A DNA stretch of 64,000 nucleotides. Source: Bdellovibrionales bacterium (GTDB lineage: Bacteria > Bdellovibrionota > Bdellovibrionia > Bdellovibrionales > UBA1609). The position numbers were made by a program, and so were the translations under genes. Every line of letters starts with the position of its first letter. Within the stretch, counting starts at the first letter, position 1. Location of the stretch: the NCBI GenBank assembly GCA_027317865.1, contig DAHVQG010000013.1, forward strand, positions 1-64,000, in the 5' to 3' direction. Below the pieces are notes generated by a model. The model had not been told where the DNA came from. It saw only the letters and a list, made by a program, of their open reading frames with translations, and made no database searches. Below are positions 48,363 to 57,815 of the stretch, one piece after another.

Positions 48363-48499
48363 AAATTGCTCCTCAGTTGAACCATTCAACTTTCACGCCA
48401 AAATAATGCAGGGAATCAATTTCGGATAGATTTTTGAAGTAAAAATAGTTATTATAAATTTACTTATAGGTAATTAATTGACTTTATATATATGATTTT

Positions 48500-49312
48500 A
48501 TGGCATTATTTAAATTTAGCGATACTAGGTCTTACCTTCGTTATTACCTGGCTCAACTCCCTAAAAAGGGGCGTGGTGAGATCAGTAAAATAGCGAAAGA
48601 ACTACGGGTCAGTACAACACTTGTGAGCCAAGTTTTGTCGGGCGATAAAAGCTTTACCTTAGAGCAAGCGCAACTGCTTTGCGAGTATCTCGGCTTAACT
48701 GGCATCGATGCTGAGTATTTCATGCTTTTAGTTTTAAGTGATCGCGCAGGCTCAACGCGCCTTAAAAAATTGTGGCATGAGAAAATCGAAAAAATTCGTG
48801 AACAATCGTTGCAACTTTCTAACCGTGTAAAAGCCGATCGCATTTTAACTGATCACGAACGCTCCGTGTTTTATTCGTCACCACTTTATGCGGCCATTCA
48901 AATGTACACTTCGGTTGGAGTTAAGGGTAAATCGCTTGAAGAAATTTGTTTGCGTTTTGAGATCAGTCGAAAGCAAGCAGCCGAGATGATGAAGTTTCTT
49001 GTAGGAGCAGGTCTTTGTGTTGAAGAAGCCGATCGGTTTAAAATGGGAATTCAAAAAACACACCTCGGGCAAGGTTCACCGTTTTTACCAAGACACCATG
49101 CTAATTGGCGAGTTCGAGCGATTCAAAGAAGTGAAAATCTTGAAGACTCGGAGCTTATGTACACGGTTCCTGTCTCACTTTCGAAAAAAGATTTTTCGGA
49201 ACTGCGAGAAGAGATGGCCGAATTTATCAAAAAGTTCCTCGATAAAGTTCATGACTCTGACGCCGAAGAGATCGCATGCTTTAACCTAGATTGGTTTTGG
49301 ATAAAAAGGTGA
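48500..49312 (+). CDS. TIGR02147/DUF4423 family HTH protein (second subfamily)
   Basis: LPKKGRGEISKIA..LRVSTTLVSQVLSG...TLEQA HTH, FYSS..Y, HH.NWR..A and C-terminal ACFNLDWF motifs. Confidence 0.88.
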   Translation: MALFKFSDTRSYLRYYLAQLPKKGRGEISKIAKELRVSTTLVSQVLSGDKSFTLEQAQLLCEYLGLTGIDAEYFMLLVLSDRAGSTRLKKLWHEKIEKIREQSLQLSNRVKADRILTDHERSVFYSSPLYAAIQMYTSVGVKGKSLEEICLRFEISRKQAAEMMKFLVGAGLCVEEADRFKMGIQKTHLGQGSPFLPRHHANWRVRAIQRSENLEDSELMYTVPVSLSKKDFSELREEMAEFIKKFLDKVHDSDAEEIACFNLDWFWIKR

Positions 49313-49571
49313 AGCCTCCGCATGCGTTTAGAATTTGACCGGCCACACAAACCCGGCGTCGGCCACGTCGACGCTCGTGATGCATAAAGAGCCTTCGCTT
49401 GTTCGTGCCAGATCCACTTTTGTAAATCACCAAGGTGCCCGTGTTGACGTGATTGCCCTAAACCTTGACAAAACTTTGTGTTTCAAACCGTCGGGTTTTT
49501 CTAAGTACGGGATCTTAAGAAATTCAATGGGTTGCAAGTGTTTGGATATCTGTGGCCTGGGCCAACCAATT

Positions 49572-50381
49572 TTAATTTGCGCGGCGAAGGGCGCTCACGC
49601 TGAAGCTCACGCCGAATATTGCTACTAAGAGCGCGACAATTGTCGGCCCGGTTGGCAAATCGTATTGATATGACAACACGATGCCAGCTATCGATGCTAC
49701 GATGCCAAACAATGGCGCCAATTTGAGCACGCGACTCAATCGATCGGTTAAACAAAGAGCGCTTGCGCCCGGAGCCACGAGCATCGCGAAGGTGAGTAAT
49801 GCCCCTACGCTGCGTATGGCGACGGCGACTGCCACACCCAAAGCGCCGTAAAAAATCATATTCCACAATCCGACGCGAATACCCAGTGCTCTCCCCATGT
49901 CCGGATCATAAGCGGAAATTAAAAATTCTTTCGAAGCCAAATATTGCAATAGAAGCAAGACTCCGAATACTCCGGCCATAAGCCAAAGCAACGAGACGGG
50001 TACCGTCAGGATATTGCCAAACAGAATGTTCAGAATTTCAGCCTCGCCTCGCGGGGCCTTGGCGATCAACAATATCGAAGCAGCGGCGCCCCCAGCATAG
50101 AGCATACCGACCATAGTCTCTGGGGGGAGTCTCTTGGAATCGGCAATGCGCGATAGAGCAAGAAATGTAATGACTGTGAGGCCTAATGCAATCGGAAACG
50201 GCGCCAATTGAAACAGTACTGCCAACGCGACGGCAGCCGATGCGACTTCTGCAACAGCCGCGCCCGTAAAGACGATTCGTCGAAGTACGACGTAACCGCT
50301 CCACGTCGAAAGCCCTATGGCTGCCAGAATACCGGCCAAAAAAATGTTGCGCATAAAAGGTTGAGTAAAAAGATGAATCAT
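49572..50381 (-). CDS. znuB: Metal (Zn/Mn) ABC transporter permease
   Basis: VVLRRIVF.GAA, LFGNILTV, YDP..G..LG and YDLPTGP motifs. Confidence 0.88.
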   Translation of the reverse strand: MIHLFTQPFMRNIFLAGILAAIGLSTWSGYVVLRRIVFTGAAVAEVASAAVALAVLFQLAPFPIALGLTVITFLALSRIADSKRLPPETMVGMLYAGGAAASILLIAKAPRGEAEILNILFGNILTVPVSLLWLMAGVFGVLLLLQYLASKEFLISAYDPDMGRALGIRVGLWNMIFYGALGVAVAVAIRSVGALLTFAMLVAPGASALCLTDRLSRVLKLAPLFGIVASIAGIVLSYQYDLPTGPTIVALLVAIFGVSFSVSALRRAN

Positions 50382-50383
50382 AA

Positions 50384-51130
50384 TTATTCCGCTTGTTGTT
50401 GTTTAGTTTCTGAGGGGCGCGGGCGATAAGCGCCGGCGAGCACTTCGGGTTCGAGCATTGCGTTCTTTGAGCCGACAAGCAGGCGCCCGTCGAAGGTAAT
50501 GAGAGCCACGCGTCTCGCGTAGCGTTCAATCGTGCTCAAAAGATGGGTGACAAACACGACGGTGGTTTGCTTAGCCGCTTGAAGCTCGGTAAGGAGTTCC
50601 ATGATCGCGCGTTCAGAGTTGACGTCCATGCCATTGGTGGGTTCATCCAACAATAGGATTTCCGGCTCTGAAGCGAGAGCGCGCGCAATAAGTACGCGCT
50701 GCTTTTGCCCGCCCGAAAGTTTGCGGTAGGGTGTGTCGGCGAATGCTTCCATATGTGTTTGCTTCAAACTATCTAAGGCGATGCCGCGATCGCGGGCACC
50801 CGGCCGTCGCAGCGGTCCCAAACGACCGTAGCGGCCCATGAGCGCGACCTCAAGGGCAGTCAATGGATAGTGGAGATCCAAACTTTCTCTCTGCGGTACA
50901 TACCCGAACAATCCGGCATTGCTCTTTGCCGATGGGGCAAACTCAATTCGACCGGCTAAAGGTTTCAGAAGACCCAGCAGCGTTTTGAGAAAGGTCGTTT
51001 TACCAGCGCCGTTTGGTCCCATGATACCGAGAAAATCGCCACGCTCGATAACCAAATCGATTCCGTGCAAAACGGCATGCTTACCGTAACCAACGCTCAA
51101 GCCTTCAGATCGTAAAAGTTCGGATGACAT
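50384..51130 (-). CDS. znuC: Metal ABC transporter ATP-binding protein
   Basis: GPNGAGKT, GYVPQ, LSGGQKQRVLIARAL and LLLDEP motifs. Confidence 0.9.
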   Translation of the reverse strand: MSSELLRSEGLSVGYGKHAVLHGIDLVIERGDFLGIMGPNGAGKTTFLKTLLGLLKPLAGRIEFAPSAKSNAGLFGYVPQRESLDLHYPLTALEVALMGRYGRLGPLRRPGARDRGIALDSLKQTHMEAFADTPYRKLSGGQKQRVLIARALASEPEILLLDEPTNGMDVNSERAIMELLTELQAAKQTTVVFVTHLLSTIERYARRVALITFDGRLLVGSKNAMLEPEVLAGAYRPRPSETKQQQAE

Positions 51131-52077
51131 TATGACTTACCGGCACCTTTCTTATTGGCCGTCTTTTTAAGAGCGGCGGCCACACGATTAACGATGTGGT
51201 TGACCATCGAGATATAGCCCTTTTCTTTTGGGTTAAGCCCTATACCATACAAATCCACGCTAATATAGGGGACGTGCAGTGCCTTCGCAATCGTCTTTGC
51301 AATCGAGACAATGTAGTACGGTTCGGTGATAACGAGTTTCACGTGCGCAGCTCTCGCTTCTTTGATAACAGTTTCAATTCGGCGAGGTGAAGGAACAAAA
51401 CCTGGTTTTTCTTCAATGGTGTGCGGAGGTCTGGGGATCACGAACCCGAACCCAAGGCCGAAGTAATCCCAGGATTCGTGATAGGGCAAAATAGCATCGC
51501 CTTTGTACGGTGCCAGTTCGGCTTTCCATTTTTTCTCGGCGGCTGTCAGGCGGGTATCGAATTTGGCGAGATTCTTTTTAAACAATTTCTTGTGGGAGGG
51601 GTCTGCAAAGACCAGTACTTTTTCAATGTTACTCGCCATGATTCGTCCATCTTCGGGGTCGAGTTGAAAATGCGGATTGCCGAAGGGGTGAATGTCACCA
51701 AAGCTATAATCTATGTGTCCGGTTGGAACATCCAGCAACTTGATGCCCTTATAAATTTGCGCCTTGATGAGTTTGGGGTTGTTCGCTGATGTGATCAGAT
51801 CGCGTGCCCAATCTTCGAGATCCAGCCCAATCATAATAAACACTTTTGCCCGGTGGATTTTGAACACATCTTGCGGTCTTGGCGAATATCCATCGGCATC
51901 GAATCCGGGCGGGGACAATGTCGTAACGGACACCGCTTTTCCGCCGATGGTTCGAACTAGCGCTTCGATATAATCCGTTGTCGTGACAACGCGCAGGGGG
52001 TGGGCCCAAGCTGTAGATGCAACTGCCGGTACAAAAACGACGAGAAGCAGAGTAAAATATTTTTTAAAGTTCGACAT
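51130..52077 (-). CDS. znuA: Metal ABC transporter substrate-binding protein (ZnuA/TroA cluster)
   Basis: VVTT, IGG..V.V, GLDLE.W, GDIHPFGNPH, YHESW and EEKPG..PSP motifs; signal peptide. Confidence 0.88.
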   Translation of the reverse strand: MSNFKKYFTLLLVVFVPAVASTAWAHPLRVVTTTDYIEALVRTIGGKAVSVTTLSPPGFDADGYSPRPQDVFKIHRAKVFIMIGLDLEDWARDLITSANNPKLIKAQIYKGIKLLDVPTGHIDYSFGDIHPFGNPHFQLDPEDGRIMASNIEKVLVFADPSHKKLFKKNLAKFDTRLTAAEKKWKAELAPYKGDAILPYHESWDYFGLGFGFVIPRPPHTIEEKPGFVPSPRRIETVIKEARAAHVKLVITEPYYIVSIAKTIAKALHVPYISVDLYGIGLNPKEKGYISMVNHIVNRVAAALKKTANKKGAGKS

Positions 52078-52104
52078 AGATTGCCTCCGAAAAAAGTTAA
52101 AAAG

Positions 52105-53310
52105 TTATTCTAGTTGTTTCAAATTGCCCATGGAGAATGTGGCCTGTAACGCAACCGCATCCGTTGCACGTTGCACACCCATTGCAGAAGTGTGGGTATA
52201 TTGAATGCGTAGTCGCGTGTTATCCGAGACGAACCAAGTGAAATTAGGTGACAGGCTTACGCAACTGCCGTTAGTTGGCGCGCCCGGATAGGCGTCCGGG
52301 AAGGTACCGGATTGCGAAAGTGGGCCTGGCGCTTGAACCCAGTCCGCTAAGAACCCGACGTGGTAGAAGAGTGCGAAGTTGTAGTCGAGAAAGGTATAAA
52401 AACCGGTGCGCGATGAGGCATAAGTTGTACCGTGCCGTTGCGCAAACATCCCTTCTGCGCTCCACGTGAAAATCTGACGCTGAGTGGGCGCAACCTGTAG
52501 CTGGAAGTAAGGATCGATGAGAGTCTCGGAATCACCGTAAGGTGAAGGCCCTTGCGCAAAACTGGCGCCCATTACCAACGAACCCGTTTCGAAAACGTCT
52601 TGCGCAACTTCTAAAGTGGCAAGGTAGCTGAGTGCGGACGCTGTCGACGATTGGTTTGCTCCCAACATGTCGCCTTGGCCGATGCTCAGGTAGGCTTTAA
52701 GATTGATATCCCACGGCATAGGTATGACGTAGTCGAGTTGCATACCATCATCGCTGAGTCCGTCACCTAAATAATCTGAAAGTGCCTGTGGCCTATCGAG
52801 CATAGGCAATTGAAATGTGTCCGTCTCGTCCAGCAGTCCGAATTTTGGTTTGAACCGGCCGGCTCGAATTGCGACACCGCCGGGTAGTTTGTTAAACAAT
52901 AGCCATGCTTCTTCCACATTGGCGACGCCGTTTTCGGGTAAATCGACGGAGAGCTGTGCATCCGTAAATGGATCGATGCGTGAGTTTGCAATGACTTGAC
53001 CGTCGCGCAATTGCGGCTGTTGCGACGTTGTACTGTATCGCGGGTCGGTCGGCGGAATCGAGGTTCGCTCGTAAACCGCATCGCCGGCAAAGCCGAGATT
53101 GGGCAAGAAGACTTTGGGGACGCCCTGAACTGCTCCGACGATGAGACCGTTGACGCCGGAGCCTACGCTCGGACTACTCTGTGCGTAAACCGATTTGTTG
53201 CCTGCTAATGCCACCAAAAGACAGACTATATAGAGAGTCGGAAGTGGCACGTTGAAGATTCGATTGCCTCTGGCACTTTTGGACACACGGTCCTTATATA
53301 TGAAACGCAT
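52105..53310 (-). CDS. Outer-membrane porin-like beta-barrel protein of the Zn-uptake cassette
   Basis: IDPFT, VEEAW, RAGRF...FG, S...RLR.QY and LQ.TF.MG motifs typical of OM proteins preceding znuA-like genes; start uncertain. Confidence 0.72.
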   Translation of the reverse strand: MRFIYKDRVSKSARGNRIFNVPLPTLYIVCLLVALAGNKSVYAQSSPSVGSGVNGLIVGAVQGVPKVFLPNLGFAGDAVYERTSIPPTDPRYSTTSQQPQLRDGQVIANSRIDPFTDAQLSVDLPENGVANVEEAWLLFNKLPGGVAIRAGRFKPKFGLLDETDTFQLPMLDRPQALSDYLGDGLSDDGMQLDYVIPMPWDINLKAYLSIGQGDMLGANQSSTASALSYLATLEVAQDVFETGSLVMGASFAQGPSPYGDSETLIDPYFQLQVAPTQRQIFTWSAEGMFAQRHGTTYASSRTGFYTFLDYNFALFYHVGFLADWVQAPGPLSQSGTFPDAYPGAPTNGSCVSLSPNFTWFVSDNTRLRIQYTHTSAMGVQRATDAVALQATFSMGNLKQLE

Positions 53311-53342
53311 GAAGTGAATTCTCGCTTTCATTGTTAGTTGTA

Positions 53343-53359
53343 ATGCAGGTAAGTTGCAT
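53343..53359. promoter_or_regulatory. Candidate Zur box
   Basis: ATGCAggtaaGTTGCAT (extended AATGCA-N7-TGCATT palindrome) 33 bp upstream of the porin-znu operon, next to a Fur-family gene. Confidence 0.6.
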
Positions 53360-53507
53360 TTAGAATTTATCGGCGTCAAAGAATTAATAGTTCAGGAAGC
53401 AGCGCAGTGGTACAATTCTCAATATTAAAAAATCGACAATATTTCTAATGTACAACTGTTGCGCCGAAATATTCTTGGCAAAAATTGAAACGGCGGCGGA
53501 TGGTAAT

Positions 53508-53954
53508 TTACTCACAATCTGAACAAATTCCGAAAAATTCCAAAGAATGAGTGACGTGCTTATAGCCCCGTTTCTTTGCAATGTGATTGATGTTTTCAAG
53601 GTCACAATCATCTAAGGGCTCGACCTTATTGCACGATGTGCAAATGATGTGGTGGTGGTGATTAAGGCCCAAATCGGCAATTTCGTACCGGGCGATACTG
53701 TCACCAAAATCACAGCGTCGCAAAAGACCAATGTCACCAAGGCTCGAAATATTCCGGTAAATAGTCACAAGGTCACAGGACTTCTTCGATATTCTTTTGT
53801 AAATCTCTTCAGCTGTAAATGGCCCGTGGTCTGAAATCAAAACATCTAAAATTGCTTTACGCGGCTTGGTTAACTTAAGTCCGCTTTTTTTCAAATGCAT
53901 GAACAAAATGTCACGGTCGGGATGAGTATGGGTTTTAGAGTTTACTTTAGCCAT
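53508..53954 (-). CDS. zur: Fur family regulator, probably Zur
   Basis: GLKLT.PR..IL, TIYR, HHHHIICTSC and HSLEFFGICSDC motifs; adjacent to the Zn ABC cassette. Confidence 0.85.
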   Translation of the reverse strand: MAKVNSKTHTHPDRDILFMHLKKSGLKLTKPRKAILDVLISDHGPFTAEEIYKRISKKSCDLVTIYRNISSLGDIGLLRRCDFGDSIARYEIADLGLNHHHHIICTSCNKVEPLDDCDLENINHIAKKRGYKHVTHSLEFFGICSDCE

Positions 53955-54020
53955 GCGATAAGATTTGTACTACTACAAATTGACTTGCCACTTCAAGAAA
54001 AAATAGTACGGGCAAAATGC

Positions 54021-55451
54021 TTACTGCGAACCGGCCCTGTAAGCCCCACTGAAAACGGAAAAGTTAAATTGACGACGGTCAAAAGACCATTTGCGAACTC
54101 GACGGGAGAATCGCTCGGAGATTTTAAGCGGAATTGCAACTACGCCGCGTCTCAACGGACGCCAACCATTTAGATATGCTGAACCCAAAACTCCTAAATG
54201 AACTTTGGGCAGTTGACGCGAGAATTGATAGGGGCGAATCCGTTTTACGAATATCCGCGCCAATTCTTTATCGCTAAAAAGCGACGCGGATTTGAAATAT
54301 TTTAAGTAAACAGCTCCAATTTGGTGTTCGAATTGAACATCGTCAATCACAACAAATAATGTCAGGCGCCCATTTTGAATTTGCGGCCAACAATTTAAAA
54401 GCGCGTTACTTTCGAGGTCGAGGTAATGCCAAAACCGGCCGTCACGATATGCTGTAACCCATCCATTTGCGGCAACTGCGGCTTGAAACACGCCGTTGTT
54501 TTGCCATCGAATCGCTTCAAGTTTCGGCCGCTTCATTGTTAAAGTAAACGGGCTTTCAGTTTCAAAATTTTTTAAATCCGGCCAGATAAACATTTTTTCA
54601 AAGTGCGAGCGCGCTAATTTCTCAAAAGTAGGGATCTTATTTAAGTCAATTAAAGTACGGTCGGGTAACGATCTAATTTCAGCGCGAATCAAATTCGATA
54701 ATTCATATTTATAGGTAATCAATATTGGAACTTTGAAATGCGCCAGATCTCTGCTCTTAATCGGCAAGTTCGAGGTGCCTTTAGTAATTAAGAAACCTGA
54801 TTTCAGTGGTCGAATTTGTGTGAATGGGGTGTCGATGGCGTCAAGTTTGCTTTTCAACTCTGTTCCAATTTTATCTGCGATCAAATTTCTTATTGGTTGG
54901 GGATTGTTCAACTGCATTCGGAGCGTATTAGTAAACGTCGCAGAAAAGCCTTTGGGACCACGACACGTTATGGGCGCAATCTCCCAACTCGAGCGCGGCC
55001 AACTCAACAAAAAAGATGAAATCTTCACTTCGGCTGGTCGAGCCGAAAAGCGATAATTAATGTTCAGGCGGGCTTGAGCATGGCGTTCAGTTAACGTGAT
55101 CGGCCCGCAGTCTGCCTTTAGGTGAATATTTAAGTTTACTCCATGGACCACTGTTTGGATAATTTGATCGACGCTCATATTTTTTATGTGCGCTTTCACC
55201 CATAGGCGGCTGGTGGCAATTGTGTACGATGCTGGAGTGAGTTTGCCGTTCGATAAAGCCGCTCTTGCTTTCAGGGTCAATCCGTCAACATGCCAGTCCA
55301 AATTGTCAAATTGCCAGGTTTGATCCGGAATGCTGATCGTTTGCCCATTGGAGATTTGCGAAAGGTCATTGCGTAGACGATGCCGCACAAAAGCTAGCGG
55401 AAGGTAAAGTGCGACGAATAAAACTGTTAAACCGTTCATTGTCGTCGGCAT
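54021..55451 (-). CDS. Basic, beta-rich membrane-anchored hypothetical protein
   Basis: Long ORF with N-terminal hydrophobic segment (MNGLTVLFVALYLPLAFV); start moved to 55451 to avoid overlap with the divergent gene. Confidence 0.65.
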   Translation of the reverse strand: MPTTMNGLTVLFVALYLPLAFVRHRLRNDLSQISNGQTISIPDQTWQFDNLDWHVDGLTLKARAALSNGKLTPASYTIATSRLWVKAHIKNMSVDQIIQTVVHGVNLNIHLKADCGPITLTERHAQARLNINYRFSARPAEVKISSFLLSWPRSSWEIAPITCRGPKGFSATFTNTLRMQLNNPQPIRNLIADKIGTELKSKLDAIDTPFTQIRPLKSGFLITKGTSNLPIKSRDLAHFKVPILITYKYELSNLIRAEIRSLPDRTLIDLNKIPTFEKLARSHFEKMFIWPDLKNFETESPFTLTMKRPKLEAIRWQNNGVFQAAVAANGWVTAYRDGRFWHYLDLESNALLNCWPQIQNGRLTLFVVIDDVQFEHQIGAVYLKYFKSASLFSDKELARIFVKRIRPYQFSRQLPKVHLGVLGSAYLNGWRPLRRGVVAIPLKISERFSRRVRKWSFDRRQFNFSVFSGAYRAGSQ

Positions 55452-55553
55452 ATTAGCCGAATATGTGACACCAATGCATGGCCCAAAAAAATATTTTAAT
55501 AGTTTCGAAAAAACGTAGAAAAACTCGGTCGCACAAATAGAAAATAGCGGGCG

Positions 55554-57806
55554 ATGGGTAGCCAAAGACGATTGCCGGTCAGCGCGCAGGCAAAGCGGAA
55601 CTCCGTGAGTGCCGTTATTTTAATGGTTGTCATTATTATTATCGGCGCTTTCGGCGCGCGCGGGTTGCAAACGAAGTACTCCATTACGCAGTTTTCTCCG
55701 GAGTACAATGCTGTGACTGATATGGACAGGCGTGTTCGCGCGTATTTTCACCTCAAAAGCTCGCCGACCTTTGTAGGGTTAATCGCATTGCGAGCCAATC
55801 AAAAAGGCACATGGTTAACGAAAAGCCGCATGAACCGCCTTTCGATTTTGACAAAGAAAATCGAAATACTTGCTGGAGTGAAGCGTGTTCTAAGTTTAGC
55901 CAATGTAAATGCGGTTTCTGAAAAACGCGGCATTTTAGGTGTTGGGCCGCTGATCAAAGTAACACCAAGGCAACGGTGGCGTCAGAGAATCGCCGGCGAT
56001 GAATTGTTAGACCCCACACTGATTTCAAAAGACTTCCGTACTATTCTTGTCTACGCCCAACTTAAAAATGATGACGTCCACTTGCTTTATAATTTCAATT
56101 CCGAATTCAAACAAAAATTAATGCATGCTTTTTCGCGCGCGCAAGTCAGCGTGGGTGGCGTACCGGCCGTGCAAATGGAACTCGGTGTGCTACTGAACAA
56201 AGAACTCAGAAATTTTCTACTACTCACTGTGCTTGCGTGCGCGATTACGCTGTTCCTCATTTTTCGCACGATTTCGACGATGTTCATCCCGCTCATTTTT
56301 ACCGCATTCGGCAACGTCTTGGCATTTGCGATGATGGCCTGGACAAAACAACCATTCACGATTTTATCAGCTACAATTCCTATATTGATTTTTATTACCG
56401 TCGTGTCGTTATCGGTACATTTTCTTCTTCGCTTTGTTGAAGACGTTAAAAAGAGCGAGGCTTCGACCCCTCGTTGGGACGTTATTTTGAAAGTAAACAA
56501 AGAAATTTGGCTGCCCAATCTTTTGGGCGCTCTAACCACGTGTATTGGGTTTTTGACATTATTATGGGTGGATGTACCGCTTATTAGAAGTTACGGTGTC
56601 GAAGTGGCCAGTGCGGTTATGATTTCTTGGTTAGCGACAAGTTTCGGAATTTTGCCGCTTTTGATGTTATTTCCGCATCCGGTACCAAGAAGATGGGTGA
56701 CACGAAAGGTAAAATGGCCATTGTGGATAGTTCAACGGGCTAAGCCGATTGCCGCATTCATTGTCACATTATGTGTTGTCCTTATAATGACGGCCCACCA
56801 CCTTTATTGGACGGCCCGTCTGTTTAACGATATTCCTAAGGGTGAACCGGCTCGCGTTTCGACCGAGAGAATCGCGCAAGCTGTTGGCGGAGTGATTCCG
56901 CTCGATATCGCAGTTAAGTCTAACGTGAAATCGGCTTGGTCTGACCCGGCAAGGTTGAAAAAGTTAAAAGCACTATTAGCAAAATTGCGTGATACAAATG
57001 GCGTCGGTGCTGCGCTGAGCGTGCCGAACTTCTTTTATGAGCTGGCCGAAATATCAAAGCCAATTTTGCCGATATCGCGTGCCGCCGTTTCGGAGATTTA
57101 TTTTCTGTATTCAATGTCTGACCATGATCCGTTAAACCGCTATCTTTCGTCTAATAAAAGAATTGTGCGTATCGCCTTACGCATTCGAGATCTACCTTCA
57201 AACGCGGCAAAGGCGCTGGTGCAAAAATTGAAACGGCAGGTTCAAAACTACTTTCCACACGATCGTGTCGGGACTGGCGGGACAGGTGCAACTGTTCACG
57301 TGATTCAAGATTATATTTCGTCAGAATTGATCGGTGGATTTTGGCAGGCGCTGCTCATCATTGCCATTACGTTGGTTATTATTTTTCGCTCCATTCGGAC
57401 GATGTTAATCGCGATGTTACCCAACCTAATGCCGCCGATTTTTCTTCTTGGATATCTTTCGTTGACGCATACTCCGATTAAACCGGGGGTGGCCGTTATT
57501 TTTTCGATTGCACTCGGATTGGCGTTTAATAATACGGTTTATCTATTGAATCGCTTGCGCGCTTTTAAGGAGTCTAAAGGGATCGTCAGATCCAGCCAAG
57601 TGACACAGGCGTTTTGTTTGGAGAGTAAACCGTGTTTGATTTCTACGGCGATTTTTTTAATAGGGTTCTCGGTATTTCTGTTTTCGTATTTTTCTTTGAA
57701 TCGAACCTTCGGCCTATGTATGATTGTCTCGCTCACCGGAGGCGCTATTGGCGATCTCATATTTCTACCCGCAGTATTGGCATGCCGTAAAAAAATAATA
57801 TTATAA
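55554..57806 (+). CDS. MMPL/RND family lipid exporter
   Basis: Two repeats of 1 TM + periplasmic domain + 5 TM; LTT.IGF..L, LPNL.P, IALGLA and D...LP motifs. Confidence 0.88.
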   Translation: MGSQRRLPVSAQAKRNSVSAVILMVVIIIIGAFGARGLQTKYSITQFSPEYNAVTDMDRRVRAYFHLKSSPTFVGLIALRANQKGTWLTKSRMNRLSILTKKIEILAGVKRVLSLANVNAVSEKRGILGVGPLIKVTPRQRWRQRIAGDELLDPTLISKDFRTILVYAQLKNDDVHLLYNFNSEFKQKLMHAFSRAQVSVGGVPAVQMELGVLLNKELRNFLLLTVLACAITLFLIFRTISTMFIPLIFTAFGNVLAFAMMAWTKQPFTILSATIPILIFITVVSLSVHFLLRFVEDVKKSEASTPRWDVILKVNKEIWLPNLLGALTTCIGFLTLLWVDVPLIRSYGVEVASAVMISWLATSFGILPLLMLFPHPVPRRWVTRKVKWPLWIVQRAKPIAAFIVTLCVVLIMTAHHLYWTARLFNDIPKGEPARVSTERIAQAVGGVIPLDIAVKSNVKSAWSDPARLKKLKALLAKLRDTNGVGAALSVPNFFYELAEISKPILPISRAAVSEIYFLYSMSDHDPLNRYLSSNKRIVRIALRIRDLPSNAAKALVQKLKRQVQNYFPHDRVGTGGTGATVHVIQDYISSELIGGFWQALLIIAITLVIIFRSIRTMLIAMLPNLMPPIFLLGYLSLTHTPIKPGVAVIFSIALGLAFNNTVYLLNRLRAFKESKGIVRSSQVTQAFCLESKPCLISTAIFLIGFSVFLFSYFSLNRTFGLCMIVSLTGGAIGDLIFLPAVLACRKKIIL

Positions 57807-57815
57807 GCATAGGGT

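Larger units (their letters stand above)
43335..49571. mobile_element. Putative integrase-less genomic islet at tRNA-fMet
   Basis: 17-bp direct repeat GTTTGGATATCTGTGGC at 43680 and 49540; tRNA-3'-like remnants at 43573-43595 and 49563-49571; AT-richer orphan genes; no integrase seen. Confidence 0.5.

Noticed and set aside
48385-48400. Sigma54 promoter TGGCGTGAAAGTTGAA before the secreted-gene run
   Set aside because: The -12 element is GA rather than GC; possible but too weak to call
49313-49571. Integrase or transposase remnant at the right islet edge
   Set aside because: The frames I translated show no recognisable recombinase motifs
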